A DNA stretch of 64,000 bases from Candidatus Kuenenbacteria bacterium (lineage in GTDB: Bacteria > Patescibacteriota > Patescibacteriia > UBA11705 > JABHMO01), in the NCBI GenBank assembly GCA_013202715.1, contig JABMRF010000040.1, forward strand, positions 4,376-68,375, in the 5' to 3' direction. The notes below the pieces were generated by a model. It was not told the DNA's origin and ran no database searches. It was given only the letters and a program-made list of their open reading frames with translations. Made by a program: the position numbers and the translations under genes. Of this stretch, positions 45,293-56,079 are shown piece after piece. Each line of letters starts with the position of its first letter. Position 1 is the stretch's first letter.

Positions 45293-46345
45293 TTATAAAT
45301 TTAAGATGAGATTTTCTAATACTAATCTCGGGTTAATATTTTTTCGGAGAAGATCTTTGGTTTCTTCGATTCGCACAGCGAAATTTTTTAATCTTGTCTG
45401 AGAATAATCAGCCGCCGCTCTTTCCAATTTATTTTCAAGATAAGCATTAGCGATTAATTCATTTTTATAACTTGAAATCATGAGCACATCACGCGTCAAA
45501 GAGCTTAAATAATCCAACTTTTTCAACAAAACATCTTTTGATTTATTTTTATTAACAAAACCCTCAATAAATTTAAATTTTTCAACCGTTGACTGCGTAA
45601 AAACATTAAATAGTTCTAAATTGTCATTTTTATACTCCAAAAATCTGTTACTATCATTAAAAAATTTCATTGCCACCGTGGGTCTACCGCTGGCCACATT
45701 TGACAATTCCTTGGCGTAACTCCGATTTGCGCCCTTTCCAATCAGGTATTCATAAATATCCTTTTTTGTAACTGCTAAAAACTTGAAAGCCTGGCTACGT
45801 GACAAAATAGTTGGCAATAGCAACTCTTTGCTTGGGCTGATTAAAATTATAATTGTGCGCGGAGACGGCTCCTCGAGTGTTTTGAGTAAACAGTTGCTGG
45901 CTTCTTGATTTAATTTCTGCGCTTCAGGAATGATAACGATTTTATAGGAATTGAGAAATGCTCTTTTGCTTATTTTTTCAAGCAAATCACGAATCTGGGC
46001 AACGCTGATTAAACTCTTTTTTTTGCCCGTCTTTTCATCCACTTCCCTCTCCACTATGTAAAAATCCGCATAGATATTTTTTTCAAACTGATGACACGAA
46101 CTACATTCACCACAAGGAGCAATTAGATTGCTCTCCACTGTGCTCGCGGTCGGGCTGGAATAAGTCTGATATTTTTCACACAAAATCGTATTCGCAAAAG
46201 TTTTCGCAGTCAATGTTTTCCCGACTTTTTCAGGACCATAAAAAATATAAGCATGTGCTAATTTGTCATTAACAATACTGGTCTGCAAAAACTGTTTAAT
46301 TTTATGATGTCCAATAATTGGCCAGTTGAATTGGAGGCCGTTCAT
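45293..46345 (-). CDS. holB: DNA polymerase III delta' subunit
   Basis: HAYIFYGPEKVGKT, CGECSSC zinc module, LLKTLEEP, SRSQ sensor. Confidence 0.8.
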   Translation of the reverse strand: MNGLQFNWPIIGHHKIKQFLQTSIVNDKLAHAYIFYGPEKVGKTLTAKTFANTILCEKYQTYSSPTASTVESNLIAPCGECSSCHQFEKNIYADFYIVEREVDEKTGKKKSLISVAQIRDLLEKISKRAFLNSYKIVIIPEAQKLNQEASNCLLKTLEEPSPRTIIILISPSKELLLPTILSRSQAFKFLAVTKKDIYEYLIGKGANRSYAKELSNVASGRPTVAMKFFNDSNRFLEYKNDNLELFNVFTQSTVEKFKFIEGFVNKNKSKDVLLKKLDYLSSLTRDVLMISSYKNELIANAYLENKLERAAADYSQTRLKNFAVRIEETKDLLRKNINPRLVLENLILNL

Positions 46346-46388
46346 ATGGTTATTATAGCAAATATTAATTTTTCAGTAAAATAGGAAA

Positions 46389-46432
46389 GTAATTGGGTAA
46401 TTGGGTAATTGGGTAATTGGGTAATTGGTAGT
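46389..46432. repeat. GGGTAATT octamer tandem array (5 units)
   Basis: gtaattgggtaattgggtaattgggtaattgggtaattgg. Confidence 0.9.
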
Positions 46433-46444
46433 AATTACAATCAA

Positions 46445-47566
46445 TTACAGCGAAGCCAAATTACTAATAATTTCCAGAGTTTCTATTGCGCACTTTTCCC
46501 AAGAAAAGTTTTTCACATGTGAAAATCCTTTAATTTTCAATGATTCTTGAACCTCTGGGTTTAACAAAACCTGTTCTATTCGGGATACGATCTCATCCAC
46601 ATTTTCAGGATTAAACATTAGCGCGGCTTCACCTGCAACCTCTGGAAGACTTGTTGTCTTTGAACAAATGACAGGACAGCCTGTTGCCATTGCTTCTAAA
46701 ACTGGGATCCCAAATCCTTCGAATAAACTTGGAAAAATAAACAAATCTGCTCCGTTCAACCAAATTGGCAGCTCTTTGTCTTCGACCCAACCAGGAAAAA
46801 CAACTTGGTTCTGTAAATTATACTTATTTATATTTTCTTCAACTTTTTCGAACCCGAATCCTTTTTTCCCGATCAAAACCAGTTTATGTTTATCATCTGG
46901 ATTTTTTTGTTTAAATTTGCCAAAAGCTTCAACCAAGCGGGCTGTATTCTTCTTTTCCTCCAGCCGACCAATGAATAACATATAAGGCTGGTCAATCTTT
47001 TTTTCTAAATTTTCAATTGGTTTGTACTGTTTGTTGTTGAATCCATTCAAGATCACTTTTACTTTATCCTCTGCAATTTTATAAAACTGACAAATATCTT
47101 CTTTTGAATAGTTTGAAACTGTAATTATTTGATCAGCATGTTTTTTTATAAATCGAATTGTAAAGCGGTGGTAAAGTTTATCAGCCCAATGATAAAGTTT
47201 CGGGAAATGCTCAAAACCAATATCGTGGACTGTGACCACAACTTTTTTTGGATTTAATAATGGAATCGTATGCGCTGGAACAAACAGGACGTCCGGAATT
47301 CTTTTTCCAAACTTCATTTCCCAGCTTAGTCTTCCCAAAGTCCAAAATCGCGGTAACCACCATTTTAAAACCCGCTCTTCAAAATTATCAGGGCAATTTG
47401 CCAGATTGCCTTGCAGGGGTTTATCTGTATATAAAAAATAGTGGTTCTCCTTATCAATTTTTTTTAATTCTTCAATCAAATGATAAGAATACCACTCCAC
47501 ACCGGTCTTTTTTGGTTTGTTTGCGCGGGATGCGTCTATTCCAATTAACATATTACTTAGTCGCAA
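46445..47566 (-). CDS. family 1 (GT4) glycosyltransferase
   Basis: C-terminal GT1 motif FPSLFEGFGIPVLEAMATGCPVICS. Confidence 0.8.
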   Translation of the reverse strand: MRLSNMLIGIDASRANKPKKTGVEWYSYHLIEELKKIDKENHYFLYTDKPLQGNLANCPDNFEERVLKWWLPRFWTLGRLSWEMKFGKRIPDVLFVPAHTIPLLNPKKVVVTVHDIGFEHFPKLYHWADKLYHRFTIRFIKKHADQIITVSNYSKEDICQFYKIAEDKVKVILNGFNNKQYKPIENLEKKIDQPYMLFIGRLEEKKNTARLVEAFGKFKQKNPDDKHKLVLIGKKGFGFEKVEENINKYNLQNQVVFPGWVEDKELPIWLNGADLFIFPSLFEGFGIPVLEAMATGCPVICSKTTSLPEVAGEAALMFNPENVDEIVSRIEQVLLNPEVQESLKIKGFSHVKNFSWEKCAIETLEIISNLASL

Positions 47567-48560
47567 GTACTGACCGTTTATACATTTCCAAATTATCTAA
47601 AGCAATACCCGTTCCCTTGGCAACACACAAAAGGGCATCATCAGCTACGTAAACTGGGACACCGACTGCTCGGGAAATCAACTGATCAATATCGCGCAGC
47701 AAGCTGCTTCCTCCGGACATGATGATTCCCTTGTCAATCACATCGGCAGACAACTCCGGCGGGGTTTGTTGCAAAACTTCCTTCACAGCATCGACAATTC
47801 CCTGCAAGTCTTTTTGCAGAGCTTCGGTCGCGTCATTTGAACTGATACTGATCGTTTTCGGCAAACCGGTAATCATATCTCGACCACGAATATCAATTAT
47901 GGCTGGCCCCTCCGAGTACATGGCTGCACCAATTTCAATTTTAATATCTTCAGATGTTCGCTCTCCGATTGCCAAATTGTATTTACGACGAATATATTCT
48001 GAAATTGAATTATCAAATTTATTTCCGCCGATTCGCACTGAAGATGAGGCCACAATTCCACCCAAAGAAATAACCGCAATTTCTGAAGTTCCGCCACCAA
48101 TATCAATAATCATATGTCCGGAAGCACTTCCAATCGGAATATTCGCCCCGATTGCAGCGGCAATCGGCTCTTTGATAATATATGCGGCTCTGGCTCCGGC
48201 AGCAATAGTCGCATCAATAACTGATCTTCTTTCTACAGACGTAATGCCGGCCGGTACAGCAACCATAACCTCCGGTCGGAACAGTTTAATTCCGCCGAGC
48301 GCCTTATTAATAAAATAACGAAGCATCGCTTCAGTTGTTTTATAATCAGCAATCACGCCGTCTTTTAGCGGTCTGCTGGCAACAATCGTATCCGGAGTTC
48401 GGCCGATCATTTCCTTTGCTTCATCGCCAACTGCTAAGATCTTTTTGTCGGTCATCGAAATAGCAACAACAGAGGGCTCGTTGATCACGATCCCCCTTTT
48501 TGGCAGATGAACTAAGGTGTAAGTTGTGCCAAGATCAATTCCAATCTTTCGGATAAACAT
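47553..48560 (-). CDS. mreB: rod shape-determining protein MreB
   Basis: IGIDLGTTYT ... actin-fold ATPase motifs; 335 aa. Confidence 0.9.
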   Translation of the reverse strand: MFIRKIGIDLGTTYTLVHLPKRGIVINEPSVVAISMTDKKILAVGDEAKEMIGRTPDTIVASRPLKDGVIADYKTTEAMLRYFINKALGGIKLFRPEVMVAVPAGITSVERRSVIDATIAAGARAAYIIKEPIAAAIGANIPIGSASGHMIIDIGGGTSEIAVISLGGIVASSSVRIGGNKFDNSISEYIRRKYNLAIGERTSEDIKIEIGAAMYSEGPAIIDIRGRDMITGLPKTISISSNDATEALQKDLQGIVDAVKEVLQQTPPELSADVIDKGIIMSGGSSLLRDIDQLISRAVGVPVYVADDALLCVAKGTGIALDNLEMYKRSVLATK

Positions 48561-48581
48561 AATTTAATAACAAGTGACTAA

Positions 48582-49103
48582 TTACACTCCTCCTTTTTTC
48601 TGATCTTCTTTATATTCTTGCAATCGGTCAGCTTTTATTTTTGATGATTGCTCCAGAAAATATTTATTTACACCTGGAATCATTTTTAACCAGGATTTAA
48701 TCATATCAACGACTTTGTTCATCTTAACCTTAGCAGAATTTAATAAACTTTCAATACCCCTGGCTGTTTCCTCGCCTTTTTGTTTAAATTCAGTCTGCCG
48801 ATTTTCTGGTAATTCTTTATATAAATCTTCAAGTCCCTCTGATAAGATCGTCTCAATTTGAACCAAATCTTCACTTTTTGGTTCAGCTTCTGGAGCAGTT
48901 GGAACTGCTTGGTCCTCGGTTACTTGAACTGGGGCTACCGCCTGTACTTGTTCTGCCTGTTCGTCGGCAACCGCTTTTTCCGGTGCGTTTTCAACTTGTG
49001 GCTGTTCTTCTACCTTTATTTCTTTTTCAACATCAACCGGAACAACTTCTGGTTGTGGTAAATTAGCTTCCGGACTTGTAGCTTTTGTTTGTTTTGACTG
49101 CAT
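48582..49103 (-). CDS. hypothetical acidic/Pro-Glu-Gln-rich protein
   Basis: low-complexity N-terminal half; TACAAT 7 nt before ATG; sits directly downstream of mreB. Confidence 0.5.
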   Translation of the reverse strand: MQSKQTKATSPEANLPQPEVVPVDVEKEIKVEEQPQVENAPEKAVADEQAEQVQAVAPVQVTEDQAVPTAPEAEPKSEDLVQIETILSEGLEDLYKELPENRQTEFKQKGEETARGIESLLNSAKVKMNKVVDMIKSWLKMIPGVNKYFLEQSSKIKADRLQEYKEDQKKGGV

Positions 49104-49253
49104 ATTTGTTATTGTATCTTACTTTTAAAATCCAAAATAAGCAAATTACTTATACACTTATATTATACACTATTTATTAGTAAGTTGTAAGCTAAAAGGG
49201 AAAAGTTAAAAGCAACAAAAAAAACCCCTAATTTTACGGGAATAGACTCACCA

Positions 49254-49282
49254 TTGACTTTTCGCAGAAAGTATGCTATAAT
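49254..49282 (+). promoter_or_regulatory. consensus promoter TTGACT-17-tgcTATAAT
   Basis: TTGACT 49254-49259, TATAAT 49277-49282 with TGn. Confidence 0.7.
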
Positions 49283-49308
49283 ACTATGAACATTAAATGG
49301 AGGAAACC

Positions 49309-49572
49309 ATGGTAGATGCAATTGCAAGCCTTTGCATTTCACTCGGACTGATGCTGCTCCTGCTCCACGCAATCTGTTACATGGCCGGAGCAAAAAAGTT
49401 CGTGCCGAACATGATCAAAGGCTTCTTTCGGAGCCTCGGAGACATGGCCAGCTCGACCGTCCGAGGAGGATTTGGCGTTCTTGGAGCAATTCTGAGAGAA
49501 GGCCTTTTCGCCATTGGTCGCGGCTGCAGATGGGTCGTCGTTTCTCTCTGGAACAAGGCTCTCGGGCGATGA
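49309..49572 (+). CDS. small hydrophobic protein (88 aa), GC-rich
   Basis: GGAGG RBS before ATG 49309; hydrophobic N-terminal segment; terminator downstream. Confidence 0.55.
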   Translation: MVDAIASLCISLGLMLLLLHAICYMAGAKKFVPNMIKGFFRSLGDMASSTVRGGFGVLGAILREGLFAIGRGCRWVVVSLWNKALGR

Positions 49573-49591
49573 ACAAAAACATTCCAACTGG

Positions 49592-49625
49592 CACCGCTAT
49601 CTTATATAGCGGTGTCTTCTCTTTA
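49592..49625 (+). terminator. rho-independent terminator
   Basis: caccgctat-ctt-atagcggtg then U-rich tail. Confidence 0.6.
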
Positions 49626-49674
49626 CCCCGCGTCTTTAGACCGGGCTCGCGACAAAGAGTCCTGTCCTCCCTGT

Positions 49675-50628
49675 CTAAATCCCCTGCAAAACCTTTTTGA
49701 TATCCTGAACGGTCTCAACTCGAACCAACTTTTGTCTCAACTTTGTAGCTTGAGGAAAGCCACGAAAATACCAACACAAATGTTTTCGCATTTCTACAAT
49801 TCCGTGTTCCCCTTTTGTCTGAAAATTATATTCAGCGTGCTCGAGCACGATTTTTTTTATCTTTTTCAAATCAGGATGAGAATATTTTCCTTTTTTTATA
49901 TAATCTTTTGTTTGCTGGAAGATCCACGGCCGGCCGTAAATTGCTCTCGCAATTCCAATTCCATCCACACCGGTCAATTCCAACATCTTTCCTGCATCTT
50001 CTGGTTCACTGATTCCTCCATTGCCGATCACTACGCCTTTGAACTTTTCCTTCGCGGCCTTCATCATTTCATAATCAATTTCTCCACTGAACGCCTGCTC
50101 ATAAGTTCGGCCGTGAAGCATCAAGCATGATACCGGTAGATCTTTTATTTTATCAAGAAAATCAAGAACTGTAACTTTGGCTTTTCCTTTTCCAATTGAA
50201 ACTCGAGTTTTAACTGAGACCGGAAGTTTTGTTGATTCGCAAACTGCCTGAACTAATTCGTGGCACAAGTCCAGATTTTTCAAAAGGGTAATTCCTCCTT
50301 CGTGCGCCACAACTTTCTTCGCCGGACAGCCGAAGTTGAGGTCAATCCCGTCATAGCCAGCCTGCTCAACAATTTTTACGGCTTTTGAAATTAATTCTGG
50401 ACGCTTTCCAAATAATTGAAGAACTACGGGTTTTTCTTTTTTATTAAACTCAATCATCTTCAAAGTTTTTTTTGAATCATAGTGCAATGCGTCAATGGAA
50501 ATCATTTCCGTGTAAACAACATCTGCGCCATTTTTTCGACAAATTGTGCGATAGGCTGAATCGGTCAGACCAGCCATGGGCGCAAGCGCCAAAAATGGTG
50601 GTTTTAGTTGTTTCCAAAAATTTTTCAT
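49675..50628 (-). CDS. dus: tRNA-dihydrouridine synthase
   Basis: LAPMAGLTDSAYR..., TIM-barrel Dus motifs. Confidence 0.85.
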   Translation of the reverse strand: MKNFWKQLKPPFLALAPMAGLTDSAYRTICRKNGADVVYTEMISIDALHYDSKKTLKMIEFNKKEKPVVLQLFGKRPELISKAVKIVEQAGYDGIDLNFGCPAKKVVAHEGGITLLKNLDLCHELVQAVCESTKLPVSVKTRVSIGKGKAKVTVLDFLDKIKDLPVSCLMLHGRTYEQAFSGEIDYEMMKAAKEKFKGVVIGNGGISEPEDAGKMLELTGVDGIGIARAIYGRPWIFQQTKDYIKKGKYSHPDLKKIKKIVLEHAEYNFQTKGEHGIVEMRKHLCWYFRGFPQATKLRQKLVRVETVQDIKKVLQGI

Positions 50629-50651
50629 AGTCTTTATTCAAAAAACCAGCT

Positions 50652-50690
50652 CCGTTTCGAGTAACATCGAGAAGCGGAGCTTTTTTATTT
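50652..50690 (-). terminator. rho-independent terminator
   Basis: agctccg...cggagct with T-run on minus strand. Confidence 0.6.
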
Positions 50691-50706
50691 TACAAGATTG
50701 TTAAAC

Positions 50707-51036
50707 TTATTGCGCTAATTGTTGCAAAACTGTCGTTTCACTTTCATCAACTAACTTATTTCTTTGTAAAATTGATAAAAGTTTTAATTTGTATGCTTTG
50801 TCTCTTTCCTTTTCTCCACGAAAAACAGATACAATTTCAGAATGATGAACTGCTAACTTTCTATCAATATAATCTTTTATTTCATGACGTTCTTTAGCAA
50901 ACTTCAAATCTATTCTTTCCTCAAAGCTGTCAAATTTACCATCCAGCTTTGTATCGATAATATTTTCTATTGCCGGTAATAAAACAGTATCTGTAAATTC
51001 ACCAAGGTCATTTTTTGTTAAACCATTATTTTCCAT
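50707..51036 (-). CDS. hypothetical protein (109 aa)
   Basis: ORF with TATAAT close upstream; no SD. Confidence 0.45.
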   Translation of the reverse strand: MENNGLTKNDLGEFTDTVLLPAIENIIDTKLDGKFDSFEERIDLKFAKERHEIKDYIDRKLAVHHSEIVSVFRGEKERDKAYKLKLLSILQRNKLVDESETTVLQQLAQ

Positions 51037-51069
51037 ATATTCTAATTATAAATTATATAAACACAATTA

Positions 51070-52449
51070 TCAATCTTTTTTCCTCAATCGACTTGTATCC
51101 GCCGTATCTTCCAGAAGCCAGCCCGCTTTTTCAATTTCCTTTCTCAATTCGTCTGACTTTTCCCAGTTTTTATTCACTCGCGCTTTGTCTCTCTCGGCGA
51201 CAAGTTTTTTAATTTCTTCTGGAACTTCAACTTCATCTTCATCTACATTTCCCAGGCCAAGACCAAAGACTTTATCAAATTCAAGGAGCGTAGCTCGTTT
51301 ATCAAAATCATTTATATTAGACTTAAATACATCCCACATCACAACCAACGCTTGTGGCATCGACAAGTCATTGTTAATTGCGGTTTTGAATTTTTCTATA
51401 AACGCCTCATCCGGAGTTCCGTTTTGTTGGCCTAGATCCAAGAACTTTCCTTTTAATTTTTCCCAGGAATTTTTTGCGCCTTGAAGAGCTTCCCAAGTGA
51501 AATTTAATTTACTGCGGTAATGAGATGATAAATTAAAAAACCTGTAGACGATCGGATCAAATCCTTTTTTTTCCAATTCTTCAACTGTGATGAAGCCACC
51601 TTCTGATTTGGCCATCTTGCCACTGTTCATTAACAAAAATTCATTGTGCGCCCAAAAACGAACAAACTGCTTTCCAGTTGCCGCTTCGCTCTGCGCAATC
51701 TCATTTGTATGATGAACTGGGACATGATCAATTCCGCCGGTGTGAATATCAATTGTTTCACCAAGATATTTCATACTCATAGCCGAACACTCTAGATGCC
51801 AACCAGGAAAACCAATCCCCCATGGCGATTCCCATTCCATCTGGCGTTTCTGATCTTTTGGTGAAAATTTCCAGAGCGCAAAATCTGATGGATTTTTCTT
51901 TTCCGGATTTTTTTCAACTCGCGCGCCCTCTTCCTGTCCTTCGAGATTGAGCTTTGCCAGCTTGCCGTAATCCTTCGTCTTGCTGGTATCAAAATATATT
52001 CCATCTGAGGTTTGATAAGTGAATCCTTTTTTTTCTAAAACTTTTATTAAATCAAGCTGTTCTTTGATATGATCGGTTGCCTTGCACCAAATTTTCGGTT
52101 CGATAATATTTAACTTTTTCAAATCACTTTTAAATGCCTCAGTATAATGGTCTGCAATTTCAGCTGCACTTTTTGATTCCAGTCGGGCGCTTTTTTCAAT
52201 TTTGTCTTCACCTTCATCACTATCACTTGTCAGATGTCCAACATCCGTAATATTCATGATATGCAAGACATTAAAACCATCAAAGCGTAAAGTTCTTTTC
52301 AAAATGTCATTAAAAATATAGGCCCGATAATTACCAATATGAGCATAATCATACACTGTCGGCCCGCAAGTATAAAAACTAACCTCATCTGGGTTTTGAG
52401 GTTTAAACTCTTCTATTTTGCGAGACATTGTATTGAATAGCCTTAACAT
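51070..52449 (-). CDS. cysS: cysteinyl-tRNA synthetase
   Basis: [13 protein letters not shown] (HIGH region), Zn-binding Cys, KMSKS-like GKMAKSEG. Confidence 0.9.
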   Translation of the reverse strand: MLRLFNTMSRKIEEFKPQNPDEVSFYTCGPTVYDYAHIGNYRAYIFNDILKRTLRFDGFNVLHIMNITDVGHLTSDSDEGEDKIEKSARLESKSAAEIADHYTEAFKSDLKKLNIIEPKIWCKATDHIKEQLDLIKVLEKKGFTYQTSDGIYFDTSKTKDYGKLAKLNLEGQEEGARVEKNPEKKNPSDFALWKFSPKDQKRQMEWESPWGIGFPGWHLECSAMSMKYLGETIDIHTGGIDHVPVHHTNEIAQSEAATGKQFVRFWAHNEFLLMNSGKMAKSEGGFITVEELEKKGFDPIVYRFFNLSSHYRSKLNFTWEALQGAKNSWEKLKGKFLDLGQQNGTPDEAFIEKFKTAINNDLSMPQALVVMWDVFKSNINDFDKRATLLEFDKVFGLGLGNVDEDEVEVPEEIKKLVAERDKARVNKNWEKSDELRKEIEKAGWLLEDTADTSRLRKKD

Positions 52450-52470
52450 ATCTATTTTTTCTTTTTTTAC

Positions 52471-52503
52471 CCTTAAATACTTTTAACTTTTACATTTTAC
52501 CTT
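52471..52503. repeat. GGTAAAA-family heptamer array immediately upstream of cysS
   Basis: cttttaacttttacattttaccttttaacttt. Confidence 0.8.
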
Positions 52504-52579
52504 TTAACTTTATTTTTCGCAAGCCCCACCTTTCAACTCCGCTACGCTTCGCTCAAGACGTTACTTTTTCCTTTTATTT

Positions 52580-53725
52580 TTATCTTTTACAGGTTCCGCC
52601 AAACCAACCTAAATCAACAAAAATTTTGATCTGTCCTTGCCTTGAATCAAGAGCCTCCAACGCCTTGCCAACCACTGTGCCCGAATCAACAGCTTTCATT
52701 CCAAATCCGGGGACTGATGAAGCAGTTATAAAATCGCCGGCCTCAATCGATCCGTTTTCATTGTTCACATTTACCGGCACAATCCCGCTTAGCGCTACTG
52801 GCGCACTGTCAACTTCTGTATTTTGATTCAAAGTCATTGACGGATTGGAAGAAATAATTCCGATTACAGTTTTATGTCTGCTACTTGCTTTTATTAATTT
52901 TAAATCAGAATCAGTTGCCACAATATCACCAGCTTCAACTCGCCCGCTTTTCGCCATTTCTTCGGCCAAATCACCATCACAACCGGTACAGTCCTGATTC
53001 ACAATGAGTTTATCAGTAGTTAACGTATCGTAAACTCTGACCGGACCGTAAAATTTTCCAGCGAAATATTTTCCACCGGCTCGAATTCCTGTTCCGTCCA
53101 GACCAAGTTCAGCATACCCTTCAACATTTCCTTTTTTGTTATATGCGCCCACCGCAATCGGATTTGTTCCTGATTCGAAAAAATTTAATTTTGTTTCTGA
53201 ATAAAGTATGTTTGATTTTTTTAATTTTGAATACAAACCAACTTTTTCCGCCTCAACCACCAAACCGTATGAATCTCCGAACATTGTAGCGGCGGCGGCT
53301 TTTCCGATAACATTAATTCCCACTCCGTAAAAATTATCATTTCTAAAATAGCCCGGATAAGAATTAATTCCGTCAATTTGCGAGTTGATGCCCTTGAATG
53401 ATGACTTGTTTCCTTCGATAAAAATCGCATCTGTATTATCATTTAAATTTACTTCCACGTTTGTTTTACTGTTCAAAGTTTTAATCGCCCCAGTCGTACC
53501 ACTTCCAACTGCTAACCCGTAACCGACTCCCGGATCAATATCTAGAATACCTAAACCGCCTTGCTTGACCTGATTATTAACGCTAACATTAATCGGCGCT
53601 TCAACATTTCCTGCTGGCGGAGAGGCAGACGGTTCGGTCCAAGCAAAAACCTGATTGATCATCAAGACACAACCAAATAAGCTAACTAAAATTACAAAAT
53701 TCAAAAACATTATTTTGTGTTTCAT
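52580..53725 (-). CDS. secreted hypothetical protein with WTEPSASPPAGNV N-terminal motif
   Basis: signal peptide; Gly/Asn-rich beta-type composition. Confidence 0.55.
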   Translation of the reverse strand: MKHKIMFLNFVILVSLFGCVLMINQVFAWTEPSASPPAGNVEAPINVSVNNQVKQGGLGILDIDPGVGYGLAVGSGTTGAIKTLNSKTNVEVNLNDNTDAIFIEGNKSSFKGINSQIDGINSYPGYFRNDNFYGVGINVIGKAAAATMFGDSYGLVVEAEKVGLYSKLKKSNILYSETKLNFFESGTNPIAVGAYNKKGNVEGYAELGLDGTGIRAGGKYFAGKFYGPVRVYDTLTTDKLIVNQDCTGCDGDLAEEMAKSGRVEAGDIVATDSDLKLIKASSRHKTVIGIISSNPSMTLNQNTEVDSAPVALSGIVPVNVNNENGSIEAGDFITASSVPGFGMKAVDSGTVVGKALEALDSRQGQIKIFVDLGWFGGTCKR

Positions 53726-53804
53726 ATCGTTTTTTATTAATTTTTGTCTAATTAAATTATAACATTATTTAACATCAATGACAATTTGTGATATAATTAT
53801 TTTG

Positions 53805-54317
53805 ATGAAAAGCGCACCTACAATTATTGTTGTCATTATTTTAATGCTCCTAATCGGGATGATTGGTTTTGTAATTGGTTTATATGTTGGCAAAGGAAAT
53901 TCGTTTGAATCTAAACTAAAACAAGAAAAAGCAGAGGTTATTCAAAATCTGAATAAAAACATTGAATCAATCCCGGGCGTTTCCGTTCTCGAGCAACCTG
54001 AAGATTATCTCATCGGTTCAATTAAAAAAATTGAAAAAAATGTTCTAACAATTTCTTCTGCTCCGGCAACCGTTGAAGATTTGCTCGAGGGAGAGGAAAA
54101 AATATATGAAATCAAAATTTCCTCACAAACAAAAATCTTTTATCAGGAAATTGGAGAAGACCCAGTTTTAACTGAGGATGAACCAGGCCAACTTGTAACG
54201 GAGCATCTGCTAACTATTCAAGACTTGCAGGTTAATGAACAAGTCTCCATCTTCATTAATATTAAAACCAAAAATCAACCGTTGGTTGAAGCGCTGGAAA
54301 TTAAAGTAAATAGGTAA
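53805..54317 (+). CDS. membrane-anchored hypothetical protein
   Basis: TGTGATATAAT extended -10 ends 7 nt before ATG 53805; N-terminal TM helix. Confidence 0.5.
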   Translation: MKSAPTIIVVIILMLLIGMIGFVIGLYVGKGNSFESKLKQEKAEVIQNLNKNIESIPGVSVLEQPEDYLIGSIKKIEKNVLTISSAPATVEDLLEGEEKIYEIKISSQTKIFYQEIGEDPVLTEDEPGQLVTEHLLTIQDLQVNEQVSIFINIKTKNQPLVEALEIKVNR

Positions 54318-54341
54318 AATGTAAAAAGTAAAAGTATAAAA
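54305..54341. repeat. GGTAAAA-family heptamer array at the 3' end of the 53805 gene
   Basis: agtaaataggtaaaatgtaaaaagtaaaagtataaaaaa. Confidence 0.8.
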
Positions 54342-54369
54342 AAGACAGCCTTTAATCGGCTGTTTTTTT
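54337..54369. terminator. bidirectional terminator
   Basis: gacagcc-tttaatc-ggctgt plus T7, A-run upstream. Confidence 0.7.
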
Positions 54370-54409
54370 ATCCGCGTCAATCCGCGTTAGATCCGCGTTT
54401 ATCCGCGTT
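54368..54409. repeat. ATCCGCG-family tandem repeats (copy d): four units at 10-11 bp period between convergent genes
   Basis: ttatccgcgtcaatccgcgttagatccgcgtttatccgcgtt. Confidence 0.9.
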
Positions 54410-55504
54410 CTATTCAAAATCCTCTAAAAGTTTCCTCTGCTTCCGACTAAGTTTTTTCGGCACCGCCACTTCAATAACAACATACATATCGCCTCGAGTG
54501 GAACCGTGAAGCTGCGGCATGCCTTTTCCTTTCAACCTAAACTTGGTCCCGGGCTGAGTTCCTGCTGGAATTTTCAAACTAACTTCAGATTCAAGAGTTC
54601 CCACATCAATCTCGCCACCGAGCGCAGCCTCAACAAATGAAATATTATTCTGCATGTAAATATCTTTTCCATGACGCTGAAAAACTTTATCAGATCTAAT
54701 CCGGACACGCACATAAAGATCTCCAGCTTCGCCTCCAAATGGAGCAGCATTTCCTTTTCCGGTCAGGCGAAGGGTAGAGCCATCTTCGATTCCAGCTGGA
54801 ATTTCAATATTAATTTTTTCTTTTTTCTTGGTAACTCCCTGGCCTGAACATTTGGAACACGGGGTTTCTGCTTTTTTTCCACTACCGTGACAATCTGTGC
54901 AAGTTGAACTGCTTTGAAATGCGCCGAGCATCGTTTGCTGAACTCGAGTGACACGTCCCTGACCATTGCAGGTCGAGCAAGCATTGATAGGAGTTCCAGG
55001 TTCCGCCATATTACCGTGACAATGTTCACATTTTACAGTTTTATACAATTCAACTTCTTTTTTGATTCCATTAATAACATCTTTTAATCCAATTTCAAAA
55101 TCAACCTGAATATCTTCGCCACCGCCTCGGCTTCGCCCATTTCTTCCACCGCCAAAACCAAACATGTCGCCAAATATATCGCCAAGGTCAAGTCCGCCGA
55201 AGTCAAACTTTGCTCCGTTTGCACCGCCACCTCCGCCTCTAGCTTGGCTCATAAAATCGCTCCAGTTCATCCCCCCACCAAATCCACCCATTTGGTCAAA
55301 TGAAGATCCAAACTGGTCATACTGTTTTCGTTTTTCCGGCTTGCCAAGGACCTGGTAGGCCTCATTAATTTCTTTAAACTTAGCTTCATCACCAGTTTCT
55401 TTGTCAGGATGGTACTTATGAGCCAGTTTACGAAAAGCACGCTTGATCTCGTCTTGATCAGCGCCTTTTTCTACGTTTAATATTTTATAATAATCTTTAG
55501 ACAT
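54410..55504 (-). CDS. dnaJ: chaperone DnaJ
   Basis: J-domain HPD (KYHPDK), G/F-rich region, four CxxCxGxG zinc-finger repeats. Confidence 0.9.
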   Translation of the reverse strand: MSKDYYKILNVEKGADQDEIKRAFRKLAHKYHPDKETGDEAKFKEINEAYQVLGKPEKRKQYDQFGSSFDQMGGFGGGMNWSDFMSQARGGGGGANGAKFDFGGLDLGDIFGDMFGFGGGRNGRSRGGGEDIQVDFEIGLKDVINGIKKEVELYKTVKCEHCHGNMAEPGTPINACSTCNGQGRVTRVQQTMLGAFQSSSTCTDCHGSGKKAETPCSKCSGQGVTKKKEKINIEIPAGIEDGSTLRLTGKGNAAPFGGEAGDLYVRVRIRSDKVFQRHGKDIYMQNNISFVEAALGGEIDVGTLESEVSLKIPAGTQPGTKFRLKGKGMPQLHGSTRGDMYVVIEVAVPKKLSRKQRKLLEDFE

Positions 55505-55557
55505 AAGGGAAATAAGGCGGAATAAGGCGAAAGAGGATAACTCTCGACTTCCTGTTA

Positions 55558-55983
55558 CTACGATTTAAAATTATTGTATTCTTTTAATTGAGCGACAACT
55601 TCACTGTCTGTTATATGAAAATCAGAACGATCATCTTCATCTACTTGAGGAGCTGTCGGAACTTCAAAATTATATTCCTCAACTTTTATTGTTTTGATCT
55701 TTTTTTGTCTGGCGAGATATCGTAATTCTTTGTCAGATGAGACAAGAACATAATATGAAGGATTATCGCACGTTTTGATTATTTCAGCAATACGCTCGTC
55801 CGCATCACCCGCGAATTCGACCTGAACAAATTCTGTGTTCAAGTCTTCCTCAGAGTAGCCATCAAAGATGATTTTTGCACTCTTTTTACAGTAAACAAAA
55901 AATGTGTTCAGAGCAGAAAGCAATTGTTCTCTAGTCTCAAATTCAGTTGCATATAGTAGGTTGTAGCCGTCGATGAGGTACAT
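55558..55983 (-). CDS. YacP/NYN-domain ribonuclease-like protein
   Basis: MYLIDGYNLLY N-terminus typical of YacP (Rae1) family. Confidence 0.65.
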   Translation of the reverse strand: MYLIDGYNLLYATEFETREQLLSALNTFFVYCKKSAKIIFDGYSEEDLNTEFVQVEFAGDADERIAEIIKTCDNPSYYVLVSSDKELRYLARQKKIKTIKVEEYNFEVPTAPQVDEDDRSDFHITDSEVVAQLKEYNNFKS

Positions 55984-56079
55984 AAATGAATACTGATGAT
56001 ACTGATATACTGATTAAGAGAAATTTGATTTAGGATAACAATAAATTACGTAAAATTAGCAAAAACCGTTACCAACCTA

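Noticed and set aside
46389-46432. GGGTAATT array or other short tandem repeats as a CRISPR array
   Set aside because: Units are 7-11 nt with no spacers, with no cas genes nearby. They are simple micro/minisatellites.
47719-48318. Plus-strand ORF 47719-48318 (199 aa)
   Set aside because: Antisense within mreB, which is unambiguous.
18950-54410. ATCCGCG repeat clusters as DnaA boxes / replication origin
   Set aside because: Units match TTATCCACA at only 6-7 of 9 positions. Four separate clusters occur in 64 kb, none is next to dnaA/dnaN, and no AT-rich DUE is adjacent, so an oriC call is not supportable from sequence alone.
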